From assembly GCF_006345805.1 (NCBI RefSeq), contig NC_043013.1, positions 58,032,001 through 58,096,000 on the forward strand: a stretch of DNA of 64,000 bases, given 5' to 3'. A model generated the notes under the pieces. It ran no database searches, was not told the origin of the DNA, and saw only the letters and a program-made list of their open reading frames with translations. The stretch comes from Octopus sinensis (Eukaryota). Both the position numbers and the translations under genes were made by a program. The stretch's first letter is position 1, and every line of letters starts with the position of its first letter. Below are positions 1 to 13,858 of this stretch, one piece after another.

Positions 1-1139
1 TTTCCTTTATGCAAAACAATAATATGATTTGAAGATTAGCTGCTATTTCTACATATTTAGCAAAGATTTTGTTACGTCCCTTATCGTTAAGGACGTTGCT
101 TTTCTCCAAATCAACTAACAGAGTCGAATAACCATCAATCCGTGGTAGACGTACATTTATTTGTATAGTTTCGCCTGCCTTTACCAATGTGACTCCCTTT
201 TATAATTATAATAATAGATTCGTGGACATCTTGACTGCTTTTTCTCGTAGATCGATCGCATTGGCAAAGGTCATTTCATTGGCTGAGTGGTATTGCGTCT
301 CGTAAAAACATTTTAATAGGGAAGATAAATTATATATGACCTAGCCAGGAGTTTCAACATAACAAGGATGGTACACTTGGATATTTTAAGTTATAATTAA
401 GATAAAAGTTAATAACCAAATGATTAATGAGAAAATGTATTGTTGTCACGAAGGCCTTGTGTAAAGCGATTACGAACATAGCAAACGCAAACAAGCAGTG
501 CCTGTCACACTAACAGTATTATAGACAGGAAGGTGATATAGTAAGTTTGTGGGACAGATTTTGGTAAGAGTCTTCTGAAAGCGTTCTTTTCTTTTCCTCA
601 TTGTTGTTGAATGTTATCCGCAGAAAAGGCGCCTTCCCTGCATGATGTCTTCAGTTCTTACGATGTTCAGGGATTTTTTCTAGTCGTACGACTAAATGTT
701 TGATAAACACATGATGGACACGTTGGAGTCGCGTAAGTGCCCCTTGGGTTCACAGTAACTATATTTCAAACCATTCATTGAATATTGACTAATAATACTA
801 TTCATAATTTTAACATTATCTCATTCCTTGAGTTGTAATATTGTGCAGCCAAACAAAAGAACTCACACACACACACACACTCTCTCTCTCTCATTTTCTC
901 TTTCTCATCAATAAATACCCACCAATCATACTTGATATATTTGTCATTTTTCCTACAAAATAAAGAGATTATCTAAAGAATCTTTCGGTGGGTATCTACT
1001 GGAATTTTTAGCTGGTATTTGATATTTTCGAAAAGTTCCTTAGGCGATAGCAGCATGCAGACTTCACCATGTGTTTCAACAACTCTCTTTAAGTATTTCT
1101 GCCTTTCTGTCTCTTCTCTTTTTTTCTCTCTCTCTCTCT

Positions 1140-1172
<33 letters not shown>

Positions 1173-1980
1173 GTACACTCTGACACATGCACTCACATAC
1201 TCAGATGCACACAAATATATCTTCATAATATATGCTCATGCCCCACCTTCCCAGAGCTTTGCAAATACACACACACAGACACATACACGTGGGATAATTC
1301 CTAAATATATTCACACACAGCGACACCATATTTGCATAAAAGAACTCAGAAATAAACGTCTACACTCTCTAAGCTGATATAAAAAAACAAAAATGATAGA
1401 AATTGAATTTCATTAAAAGTTGAAAATAAATGAATTTTTAATATGCGTGGTTAATGACTTTTCATATAATTAATAAATGCTAAAAACTGAAATAAAACAA
1501 TAGTATAAGCTGATCTTTTCAATAGGTGTGTGGTAGGAAGCAATGGACAAGCTAAAAGAATGGAAAGAAAATTTACATCTCTTGCCCCCCCCCCCTCCTC
1601 TTTGCACCTATGTTTACGTCATGAACGATATTATTCTATTCTAAAATGAAATGTGATACAGAAATGTTCGTAAATGCATTCTGGTATGTTGCTTGATAGT
1701 TTGCATTTCACAATCCGTGTTTATTAACCAAATTCATTTCTGTCGTCTTTCGTTTGCCTGAAGCAAAACTGAGTCTGAAATCAGGCTAAAAGATATATGA
1801 GGCCCGAGATATTCTACTGGAGCCTCGGTGACGTTTTGAGGTTGGTTAAATGTGATACCATATATGGAAAAGATAGATTGCCTCCTTTATATATACATAT
1901 GCACATACATGCAGACATACATATATATATTCAGACAGTCAGACACCTGTCAAGTGCAAGCATAGCAGGCCGGGTATTAT

Positions 1981-2126
1981 TGTTTGAGGTAAACAAGAAA
2001 GACTCCGTACTGCCATACTGTCCTGCTGATATGAATATCTGTTTCAAAATGAAAGCGATGGAGGCTAACTATGGACAACTACTTCGAAACCTTCAGCTTC
2101 TATACCCAGATTACAAATACCAATAA
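1981..2126 (+). pseudogene. Degenerate C-terminal restriction-like endonuclease fragment of an RLE-type non-LTR retrotransposon
   Basis: Translation ...CPADMNICFKMKAMEANYGQLLRNLQLLYPDYKYQ resembles the 'IEvSCPaD.N...K..eK...Y..L...L..lY' end of R4/NeSL-type RLE domains. The fragment is short and has no RT upstream. Confidence 0.45.
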
Positions 2127-2966
2127 TAATTGGTGCATTTCGTTTTGTTAGTAGATGCCTAAGTGACAATCTGGATGAGACGGGGCTTTCTGAAACTTAT
2201 AACCACTAAATCGCACATTTTCACTATAAACTGTAAGTGTAACAGCAAAATTAGGCAAGACTTTTCTCATGTTTAAAATGTGACGTTGTTCTCTATGTCT
2301 ACATTCTTCTTTAGAGGATGAATTTAAATAATCCAAAACAGAAATAAACATACATACATATACACATACAGCATGTATGTATTTGTGTGTGTGTGTGTGT
2401 GTGTGTTGAGTACGGAGTTCCAGAAATGATTCTCTGAAACAGAAATGTAATATAAAGTAAATCGTAAAACTAAGCACAAATTATCTCTCTAAACTTTACA
2501 ATAATTTGTTTTACAATCAAATATATCATTGATATATGGAAAAAAAAGAACATATATACTGGAGGTATAGATATCGATCACTTCCGTACACTGACGGCGC
2601 CAAGAGACCAGCACCTATGGTACTATTTCCATCACACCAATATTTGGTAGATTCTTTTTGTAGACTCATTGTATATCAATCATTATATATATATATATAA
2701 TGATAATAATAATAATAATGGATAGATAGATACTCAAGCACACATAATGTCTACTGTGTGCGTTCTTCGTACGATGTTTGTTCACAGTGCTATATTGTGT
2801 TTCCAATTTCTAGAGATTTTTTAAATACGTATCCACTCTACTGTTTCGTATATATTTTGTATGTTGTACTTTGAGGAAAATACTTAACGTCATACATACA
2901 TGAATACACACATATTTACCTAAAGACACACACAAACACACAAAGATATAAATATATATATACATA

Positions 2967-4345
2967 CAGGATGCGATGGATAAATTGTCACCATATGATA
3001 CTTTTAATTTCGAGCATGTTTTTGATTTTGTCAACAACACAGTATAGTAGGGTCAATTGGGTACCGTCTGTGAGAAAACCATGATACAATTCACTCTGGC
3101 ACAAATTTGGAAGTGACATACTGTACCACTTGGCATTCGCGCCGGAAGGTCCAATACGAAAATTTCAGAGTGCTTGGATGTCAATCCGAGGACAATGCAG
3201 AGGATTCGGAGAGAGTTGGAAGAGTATAGTGGTGACTACAAAGGTACGGCAGCACAAAAAACTCGCTCTGATCATCCCGATAAGAAAAGAACTCCTGAAT
3301 TTGTTGGTGAGATCCATGCTATGATTGATAGCGATCCCGCCAAGTCAGGGATATTGGAGTGTCTGAGTTTCTTATCAGGTAGGTAGTGCATGAAGACATT
3401 TGTGAAAAAATATGTATATATACGTACTCACGCACACTGAGGAAACCGCAAATATAGAAAAACAAACCTGAAAACATCCAACACGCAGAAACACAGAGAC
3501 ACGTACACAATCCAGGACAAATGCATATATTCATATATATGTGTATATATAATAGATAGAGTGCGGGGAATAAACTGTCGTCTAAATTAAGCAAAAATGA
3601 AAATACTACTCACATCTCATTTTAACAGATATATTTACTAAAATTACATAAAAATATTCTTGAAATATTAGAGTAAATTTATTCAAAATCGCCATTGGCT
3701 TCAACCACAACCTTCAGACGGCTTCGGAATCTCCTGCAACCCTTCTGGGCGGTCGCATTGTTTCAGTTGGTGAATGCTGCCATAATCCTCGACTTCAGTT
3801 CATCTTTAGGGTTACGAAGAGTTTTGTCGGTTTCTCGCTCAGCTGTTCCCTACACATAATAATCAAGAGGGTTGCAGTCTGATGAGTTAGGGGTGATGTG
3901 GTCTCAGAAATTGTCTGACAGCCATGACTGAGTTCTCTTACTTGTGTGGCATTGTGAAAAGTCCTCTTGCCAGACATAGGGTCTTCCAGCAGCCACTCTC
4001 TTGACCCAGAGCAGCACAACCTACTTCAGGCACTCGATGTAGGCGTCCGTGTTGAGTCTGAGGCCGTGTGGAAAGATAAATGGAAGCATGACGTTGCCAT
4101 CACTAGTGATCACTCCAAAAACCATGGCGTTAACTGGATGTTTGATTCTTATCCCTCTCTGTACATGTTTTGCGGACACGGCAAGCCAACAGCAGTTCTG
4201 TGTATTTACCATCTGGTCCTGACAGAGACTTTTCTCGTCTGAGGAAAACCAAAGCATGTTTGGTTGAAGGGAATGCTTGAGTTTGTTCAAAAGATTCTTT
4301 CCTATTTTCTTGATGGCTTGTGGAAAAATTGGCCCTATCTCATCA
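2967..4345. mobile_element. maT/DD37D mariner-like transposon, decayed, with its 3' half inverted
   Basis: TA + left TIR caggatgcgatggataaattgtc at 2967. The + strand N-terminal transposase runs to ...VVHEDI (~3402). The catalytic half (WFSSDEK..MVFGVITSDG..PFIFPHGLRLNTDAYI..DCNPLDYYVW) is on the - strand from ~4345, ending in the right TIR at ~3557. Homologous to the copy at 15320-16201. Confidence 0.85.
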
Positions 4346-4457
4346 AGCACTCAACTATGAGTCCACTGCATCCTATAGCAGAAACTGCTTTAAGCTAATG
4401 AAACTCATAAGATAATCATTTATTGCTTTGTCACATTTATTTCAGGCGCGCGTGTGC

Positions 4458-4524
<67 letters not shown>

Positions 4525-4526
<2 letters not shown>

Positions 4527-6128
4527 GTTGCGGCCAAAGTTTTTAGAACAGCATTGTTTTCGTCAGAAAAGTAGGTATAAGTTTTTATCAAAGTTGTTTT
4601 ATATTCTATAATTTTCACAGACAATAAATACGATATTATTTGTTATTGCCTGAGATTCTGGGGTAATTTGAGAGGATAATACAAAAGTTATGGATGATTT
4701 AGTGACTTACTGCAAAACCCATGGCGGCCATGGAGTAAAAGCAATCGTTCTGATCATTTGATCAGAACGATTGCTTTTACTCCGTGTTTTAGTATATTTA
4801 ACCGGGGAACTCTAATGTTTTGAAGTTGTTTACGTGACGGTTCGTTTACTAAACATTAATAAGAATATTTGCAGTGTACTTTGTTAATATAATGCCACTT
4901 ACTCCGTTACCAATTCGTCAGCAGATTATTAAGCTTCGAAGGAAGGATAATTTAAGTATTGGATCTATTGCAAATATTGTTAACGAGTCAAAACGTGTTG
5001 TACACGGTATTCTTAAGGTCTACGATGAATGTGGTTCGTGTGAAGCAAGAAAGTTTACAGGTAGGCCAAGAAAAACGACCAAGAGAGAAGATCGTGCTAT
5101 GGTAAAGTTGGTTAAAAAGGACAGATTTAAAACTGCTGCTGCTGCTGTGTCTCGTCTTTTAGTTGAACATGACCTAGAAGCAAGAGCACCTGCAGTGAAG
5201 CCACTGATCAGCTCCATGAATAAAAATGTGTTGTCTTACCTTTGCAACCGCACATGTGTTGTGGTTTCAAAAAAAATGGCAAACGGTGCATTTCAGTGAT
5301 GAATCTAGGTTTATGCTATTTGGCTCAGATGGGAAAAGGTACGTTAGTCGAAAAGTAGGTGAAAAATTGTCGCCTAAATGCCTTAAGACTAGTGTTAAAT
5401 TCGGTGGAGGAAGTGTCATGGTTTGGGGGATGATATCTGGAGATGGTGTGGGCCCTGTGGTGCGATTACATAAAAAGGTAAATGCAGGAGTTTATAAACA
5501 ACTTGTAAAAGATCATCTCTTGCCTGTGCTGAGAAATTCAACTAAGCGACCACCCATATTCATGCAGGACAATGCCCCATGTCACAAGGCCAAGGTGGTC
5601 ATGAACTTCCTCAAGGCTGAAAAGGTTATTATTATGGATTGGCCTGCTCAAAGCCCAGATCTCAATCCTATTGAAAATGTGTGGAATATTCTAGGAGAAA
5701 GTTCGAAAGCCAGAAATCCTAAAACAACTGAGCAATTATGGAATGCCCTTCAGAAAGAATGGAATAAGATCACCCAGCAAGAAATTGAAAATTCAATTTC
5801 CTCATGCAGTCGAAGATGTCAGAGTGTGATTGAAGCTAAAGGGCTTCACACTAAATATTAAATAATTCCAGTATTCTCTGTCATTTTTGATTATTTTGTT
5901 ATTTTTTCAACCGTTCTGATCATTTTGGCCGCCATGAAAGCAGAAAATCCATAAATCATCCATAACTTTTGTATTATCCTCTCAAATTACACCAACATCT
6001 CAGCCAATAACAATTAATATTGTATTTATTGTCTTTGAAAATTATAGAATATAAAACAACTTTGATAAAAACTTATACCTACTTTTCTGACGAAAACAAT
6101 GCCTTTCTGAACATTTTAGCCGCAACTG
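4525..6128 (+). mobile_element. Tc1-family DNA transposon with long (~210 bp) TIRs, near full length
   Basis: Ends are cagttgcggc... and ...gccgcaactg followed by TA. The imperfect inverted repeats are ~4525-4730 and ~5920-6128, with (TA)n on both sides. Confidence 0.95.
4892..5861 (+). pseudogene. Tc1 transposase (DD34E), frameshifted near 5220 and internally deleted
   Basis: HTH region with GRPRKTT, then FSDESRF, VKFGGGSVMVWG and QDNAPCH...WPAQSPDLNPIENVW. I counted 34 residues between the second D and the E. Split across ORFs 4874-5299 and 5226-5861. Confidence 0.92.
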
Positions 6129-8245
6129 TATATATATGTATATGTAAAGGACCACATGAATTGATCCAACGACATCACATTGTATAGACCATAACTTTAC
6201 TGATCTTTAATTAGAACAATTACATATCATAAGTCTACTAACGTATCGTACTCTTTGTTCTGCTCCGTACTTTTCATTCGTAACAAACGCTGAACAATAC
6301 TGTTTCGAACTTTACATTTATATCGTCAAAACCATTTAACAATTCTGATTTGGAGGATAATTTTATGCAACAAGAAATTCGCCAGCCGCAGTAAACAATA
6401 CAAACGTATGAATATGAAAACGAACAGAGGGGAAAACGAATTAGAAAATGTAAGGCATTACAAGCGATGGATTTTTACAAACACATTTTTGTTATTATCA
6501 TTTTTCTAGAAAGTTCCGACGGTACATACATATATACATACATACACGTGTGTGTGTATATATATATATATATGTATATACGTATGTATATGGATATATA
6601 TATATATATATATATATCCATATACATACGTATATACTTATGCCTGTATATGCGTATATAATATAATAATATAGGTATATATGTATGTATGGATGTAGTA
6701 AATTGAAAATGATATTTCCTCTAATAATATTAAAAATGACATTTTGCCACTTCAAATTTATTTTTGTCTCTCTTCCTCTCTTATTCTTCTTTCGTTTCTA
6801 TTATGGAGATGACAAAATGTAATTTTCTTTCAGTTCTTAAACAAAACATTAAAGAAAACAACAGAAAGCAAAACAAAGGCAAAAGGAGATAGCAGAGACC
6901 ATCAGAGAATTACACTTTAGAGTTATTAGTCACGTTATGAATCAGAACATGAGAAAAGTGTAGATAATTTGCTAGTGATACACTTTGGAAGAAATATATG
7001 TACGGTAATTAACATCACACAATAAAAAATAAGTTATTTGATTTAAAATTAGCAATTTTCCTTAAAAGTCATCTGAGAGAGAATTAATGCATTATCGCCT
7101 CTCTTGTTTTTTTTTTCTGATGTAAAACCCCAAGATAATCTCTGATCAGAACATTCAGCCATGATTTTCAAAATTTTTTCCGATGTGCAAGAAACCCAGG
7201 ATTAGATTATTCAATGTGTCTTTCTGTAAGACAGCGAAATGTAAATTGTGGAAGAGTTGGCTGCTATTTGTAGGAAGTCATTCGACACAGCGAGGCCCCG
7301 CAATGGTTAGTACACAATGAGTAAGTACATTATGTATTAATCAAAACCCTTCTCTGTTTAAAGCCTCATGCATATATTCGTATTTTAAAGAGAATTATTC
7401 CAGTCTACCTGTTTGAAAATATATGCACGCTGCATTTATATTTCAAACCCGTTCGTTAAGAGAGGTGATGGACATTATATTATTTGATCAACTAAATTAA
7501 ATAGTTGTTGAATCAACGATTATGTAGGTGAGTATTCCGTATCCTCGGGGAAAAACCTTATGATACAATCTATGTAAAGCCCGGTGAAATGTATGCGAGG
7601 GGTTTCCACGTAATGACCCCATCTCTAATTTCACTCAGACGGTTTGGATTAACCTGAGTCTAAAAATCACCCAAAATGTCACTAAGTGGAACTGAATCCA
7701 GGACCTCATTTTTCCTTCACATGTTTCGTAGATTGAAAGATTAACAATTTAGCAGGAATTCTAATGCTCTCAGTTTGATCGGTTTTCGGTTAGTTCTTTT
7801 ATTGCTTAGTATCCACCAAGTCGCGGTGGACATAGTCCTTATTCACTTTCAGGTTTATGAATAAAGAATTTACATCATTACAGAGAGACATTAGTTGATG
7901 ACGTAACTAATTTTGTGTTTCTGTAAGTATTACACCAGTTATTGCTTAACTGAGGATCCCATATGTGGTCACTAAAACTGCTAAATCTAACAGCCAAAAG
8001 CTTCCAAATAACATCCTATCACCAAAGAAACGGACGAACGGGGTTAAACTCTAACAAATTAGCAACAGAAAGCAGGGTGGGTAATGGATGGGAAGGTCTT
8101 CAGTCATATGGCTGTTCCACAAGTGCTGGCTAATGCCTTACATACGTCACAAAGAACATATTTAAGAAAGGGAAAAGAACACAATTCTAAGAGTCAATAT
8201 ATGAAAGTATTGTTACTCACCACAAAATTATTTCAAGTTAAATAT

Positions 8246-8611
8246 TTATTATCTCCGCCTCAGCGAAGGTGGAGGTATTGCTTTCAGTCGCGTTTGTTTG
8301 TCCTTGGACAAAATATCTCAAGAACCGCTGGATCGATTTGGATGAAACTTTCAGGGGTCTTTGGCCTCGTGCTTGGCACGAACTGATTAGATTTTGGGAT
8401 CGATTTTATTACAAGACAAGGATTCTGGATTATTTGCCCGTTTATTTTTACTTAATTTTTGAGAGCGGTGGGTTCATTTTTAGTATTCTTGTTCGTGAGA
8501 GTAGTCGAGTTTATTTCAGATATTCTCATTTAAGAATTATCTCATGCTAATCGTTGAGAGGATATTTGATTTTGCCTTGGCGGAAGTTTGCGCTCTTTGA
8601 GTGCTCTTGTT
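8246..8611 (+). mobile_element. Non-autonomous Helentron-associated (HINE/DINE-like) element
   Basis: The start (ttattatctccgcc...ggaggtattg...gtttgtttgtc...tggatcgatttggatgaaacttt) and end (ggcggaagtttgcgctctttgagtgctcttgtt) match the recalled HINE layout, with subterminal inverted motifs ctccgcc/ggcggaag and T-rich ends. Confidence 0.55.
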
Positions 8612-9446
8612 ATTTTTAAATTCATTATGTTAACCCTCATTTAACCATTGCTCTTACAAGAGGATACCGTTTCCGAGTAATATCTAAACAATCTTGCTAT
8701 AACAGTTGTTGAAATTAAAACAGATATTGAAGGTGCTTATTTCGATAAAACTGTCAAATAAGGGATTTCAGTTATTTAGCTCTAGGCTGGCTATATTTAA
8801 ATATACCTCTGATCCATTCGTTTCAACTTATAAAGGTGATTTATTTACTAGAGGACTACATCTCCAATGTGTCATTCTTTTCAAAAGATGTTAGTGCATG
8901 AGTTCAAAGGAATTTAAGTCTTATTTCTTACAACTATTATGACTATGTAGAATTGCTGGTTCATACTCTCGCAAGTATATATTTCATGCACCAAGAATTT
9001 TGGAGTGTAGCCCTGTCGAGGTCAATAAGTTTTATTGTTTCAGCTATGAAATGATAAGCGAAGGTGAGGGATGACTGCGTGAAGATCTTGTGTAGAGAGA
9101 CAGCTTCATCTCACTATATAACAATTTCGGCTAATGTCTTTTCCACTGTGTAATGTTATTACCAGTTCAAATCGGCTTGTGGTACTACGTTCAAACCCGT
9201 AAGCAGGCTAAGCTATTCGCTGTGTTTTTTCATGGCGAAAATATCTCGCTGTAGACGAATGATGTAAATACTCCTAAATCAGCTAACTGCGCTACCTGCC
9301 CAACCTGTGAGAAGCAAGCATTTCGGAATGATCATCTATTCTTCACGCAGAGAAACTGAACACAAGACAGATTGGCTTGGAGCTGGTAATAGCATTGCAT
9401 TTATACACATCGCTACTTAGTACCCCCAAGCCGTAATTTGTATTTG

Positions 9447-9500
<54 letters not shown>

Positions 9501-9639
9501 TCTCTCTCGTCAAAGACGACGTATGAGCATTCAGCTTTTGCCAAACGATTTGCACAAGCGAATTGATTATAGTGACCAACTGCTCGTGCCGCCGCACATT
9601 AACTCACTCTCTCCATCAAATCCTGTTTTCTGAACCGGT

Positions 9640-9792
9640 GCTCCGTGGATCATGCGGCAGGTGTCAAAAGTGCCAAACGTGACATGAAGTGTTTTTGCTG
9701 AAGAACACAACTCACCACACAGACTAGGAATTGAAATTATGATCGCTATATCGTGAGTACAGCACCCTAACCACTGCGCCGTGCGACTTCAC
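9640..9792 (-). mobile_element. tRNA-derived SINE, decayed
   Basis: The - strand head gtgaagtcgcacggcgcagtggttagggtgctgtactcacga...atttcaattcc has A-box- and B-box-like motifs. It resembles the heads at 37712 and 40830. Confidence 0.6.
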
Positions 9793-9813
9793 ACACATAC
9801 ACACATGCACGCA

Positions 9814-9844
<31 letters not shown>

Positions 9845-11299
9845 GCGCGCACATTATATATTTAAATACACGCACATGAACATGTTATGTATATATATAT
9901 ATGTGTGTGTGTGTGTTTATACAGCTAGGTGTGCGTGCATGTGTATATGTGTGTATGTGTGAGCGTCTATATGTATTCTTGACAGCGCTTTATAAGAAAA
10001 CCGTAAGTTAGAAGATCGGTAATATAACAGACGAGATTCTTAAGCACCAGGCTGTAAATTCGAAGATTTTGACCAAAACTTTGATGGTCGTGCCCCAGCT
10101 TCAGTTCTTTTCAATGAATAACCCCTGGCAAACCGTTACTAGCCATAATAAATAATAGTAATATTATAATTGAGGTTATTTGTCAGATGTGAAAGAGCAG
10201 GAACACTGAAGGCATCCAGGAAAATGCATTCGACAATGCCTTCACCGTTTGGGTTCAAATCTTACAACAATATTCCAGAACGGGAATAAGATAAATCCCA
10301 TTGATACATATGGATCTGAAGGCATATTACCGAGTCTTGCGCTCTAATTGAACTTGTCGACGAATGTCTCTGACAACAAACACCAGCGTCTTACCAACAA
10401 ACGACACATTGATAATGCAGGAGAAAATGATTTCAACACGAAATCGATGGTCAAAGCTTCCAGAGTCTTCGTTCAGTTACGTTGTTGAATAGTAGAAACA
10501 GAAGCTAAACAACCACCACAGCAACAACAATAAGAAGGCACGTCAACAAGGTAATCTCGACCTGCAAAACATAGACACCAATCCGACCACAAAGCAGAAA
10601 ATAACGTTTTAAAGAAAAAGGATGGACAGGCACAACAGATCTTAGGGTCCTAGACACATTAGGGTTGAATAAATCATTGGTTGAGCTCTCGGAATTGTCT
10701 TCCATAGAATGTTTATGAAAAGTTACGGAACATCATATATAATATTGTTAATTAATTTTATGGTAACCAATTCAACTCTATCGTTGATCAAATATCTTAT
10801 CGAAAGAAAATCAATGACTTTGAAACTTTGGTGTGAAATATTCAATCAATAGTATCGAATATCTCAGAATATATCAATAACAACCTGGATTACTTAATTG
10901 CTCTTATCAGATTACAATTATTTGTTTCCTACTCTCATATTACTATTACTTATAAACATCATATCAATCATCATCTTTATTATTATTATTATTATTATTA
11001 TTAAATTACAACCATTTATTATATATGTGTATGTGTGTGTATATATGTGTGTGATAACAGTTATTGTTATCATTTTACACATATTAAAATAAGTATCATT
11101 TTCATTAATGATATTAAAGCTATATATTGATAATTATTCCTGCCTCGTGTTGTACTGCCATTGGTCTTTCCTTGTACAATTCCAGTTGTGTGTTAATTTT
11201 TATGAGCATTGGCTGCTAGCACGTGAATCTTCCTACAATGCAACTCCAAGTCGACGCCAAGAGAAAGGATGAGAAATGAATCGATATTAGGACTTGACC

Positions 11300-11400
11300 T
11301 GGACCTGTACTTTATCGATCCCGGAGGACATGAAAGACAAATTTAACCTCAATGTGATTTGAACTCAAACCACAGGAAAACCAAATAGCACAAAGCAAAC
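11300..11400 (-). mobile_element. SINE fragment, same family as 46040-46256
   Basis: tactttatcgatcccggaggacatgaaagacaaatttaacctc...gatttgaactca aligns by eye with 46118-46180 and 46635-46700. Confidence 0.45.
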
Positions 11401-13821
11401 AGCACAACTTCACTAAATTGCTCTGTATACAATTGTTAATTTTTAATACAATTATTAATTAAATCTGCTGTAAAATAATAACCTGATCTCAAAGCATTTC
11501 ATAAAAAATGCTTTTCTTTATTTTCAAATTCTAAGGAACATTCCGTTAAAAACACGGAGATGATGTAGGAATAGAGAAGCGGATTACCAGTAACAGCAAC
11601 AACAACAGGGAGCAGAGTGACGGTGATGCCAATAACTATAACACGACTGCAGCCTTTCTACTCCTAAATCTTTAAAAAGAGGCTTCTAACTGAGAAAGAG
11701 GTGAACCAAGGTCGAGGCGTCAAGTGACCTGTTGAGCTGCACCTGTAACGATTGACACTCGATCGAAGACCAAAAAACAGAAAAGGGTCAGATAGACCAC
11801 TCCTATTCCTTTCGGCCTCAGCAAAGCGGCAAAAAAACCAATAAGATGAGATGAAATCTTAGTAACACAGACAACGAGTTACTAATCGTGCCCGCCAGTC
11901 CTTATCTTCCAACGCCATTTCTCGCCTTTAATTAGTGTTGAGCATTATCTAACTAAAATGCCTTGCGTACGATTGGTGTTACTAGTTGACCTTAAGGTGT
12001 TTGGATACTTAAGATCCAATTTACCGCCTAGAAGGAACACAAACTCAGCCACCTCTGTAATATCACACCAATTAAGAATGTTTCGGCAACTCCTCAGAAG
12101 TAGAAATCAGTAAGTTGGGTGAGCCTCAGAGGACAAAATCCGTTACCATGACATTTATATTTCTGTTGCTAGATAAGGCAAAGTGAGGAACTATTTTGTG
12201 TCCCAGACGTTTAAGTTTTTTTTTTTGTTTTGGTTAATTGACTCACCCCAATATAGATATATTTTTTTAACACAATTAACTAGTAAACTGATTAACTTCT
12301 GCATCTGAAATGTTGAAATATATCCATATAAATTATTGATCTTTCTCAGATAATATTCGCTAGATTTTGTAATTGAGCTAAATAGATTTTTTCCCCCTGA
12401 TTTATTAGGCTTTCTTCAAATCAAATATAGAACCGCAAGCTTCACTACTTACCGCTATATTAGCTGTTCACACTGACCATAACTGTGTGTATCAGTCTTA
12501 GGATGAACATAATATATGGGCACTCATATATTAAACATAGAATCATTCTCATTTGTAAACTACATTTGCAAAGCAAGCCGGGTGGTTGTTAAATTTGATC
12601 GACATCGTATAAATTGAAGTGGAAGAGGAATCTGAGAACGTTAGCCGCTTCTGACCGCTGCCAACTGAAAATATTCGCCACTACTGACCACTGCCATCTT
12701 TCTTCAAACTTCAAACTTTTTACATGCAAATAATACAGACGTAGTGTGTTTTGTGTGTGTGTGTACACATAGAGACCTACCTTAATTTATATGACATTCT
12801 CATCAGAAGAAAAGAACAAATACCATTTTAGAAAAGATTTGTTGCTCTTTGGCTCCAGATCAGCAGTGAACAAGAAAAAATAAAATCATTCCCACAGATA
12901 GTGTAACCGTGACCATCACGCTTTTCTTTGTCAATTTGTCAATACAGGCTTTCGTTGCACATTGCCTAAGTCCAGCATCCACGTTGATGTTCTCACATTT
13001 GATTTACTGTTGATTGTAGCGCCAGCATCATTAATAGTGTGAATAGGATTAAATTAATCGACCGGGGTTCCTTCCTTGTTTGTTTTACACTTTTTCTTAC
13101 AACTCCCATTCACCCCATTGTTCACACCGGCACCAGAAGAGCCCCTCCACAACAGTCAAACAGCTGACATATGACAAGAAAGAAAATAGAGACTAAAGTG
13201 GCAGAAGATTTCAACATTCAGAGTGGAATGACAATATGAGGATTTCGGAGAGTCGCTATGAATATTAAATGGATAATGTGTTTAATATCACAATTCATAA
13301 AATATATATTAATAAAGTCTTAACCACTCATCAAATGTATTACATATTAACTTCTCTAAGACAGAACAGTTATTGTTTTCTAAATAGAATTGTGAATACA
13401 AAATCTAATTATCTGAGCACGAGTTTTATTGAGACCCAAAGGGCTAAAAAGACAAACATACAGCTGTGATTGAAACAAAGAAGTGGGAAACGTATAGAAA
13501 CCAGATAATGTAAAGTATCTCGCGCAAGGCTTTTCAGACTCTGCAGAATCTTTAATCCTTCTTCATATATTTAATATTAACAAGAATCTAACTGCTCAAC
13601 ACTGGTTTGCTGTTTTTCTTCACAATGAAAAATTTGCTTATTAACACTTGATAACAGCCGGCTTTTTCGCTTTTCTTTTTTGTAATTCTGTATATTTCTA
13701 TTATCAGCAATAATGCTAGAATACATTTTGCGTGTGTGTGTGTTAAAGGAAACTAATATTAATGTAAAATAAGAATAGAAAATCCGAGCGGAACATTTCT
13801 TTAAAATATTGGATTACAACA

Positions 13822-13858
<37 letters not shown>

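Noticed and set aside
624-732. Exon-like segment (cag|...|gtaagt)
   Set aside because: There are stops in all three frames and no partner exons. It could be a non-coding exon, but that is unsupported without RNA data.
10395-10561. Minus-strand exon-like segment (ttttgcag|...|gtaaga)
   Set aside because: There are stops in all three frames, and such splice-like motifs are expected by chance in 64 kb.
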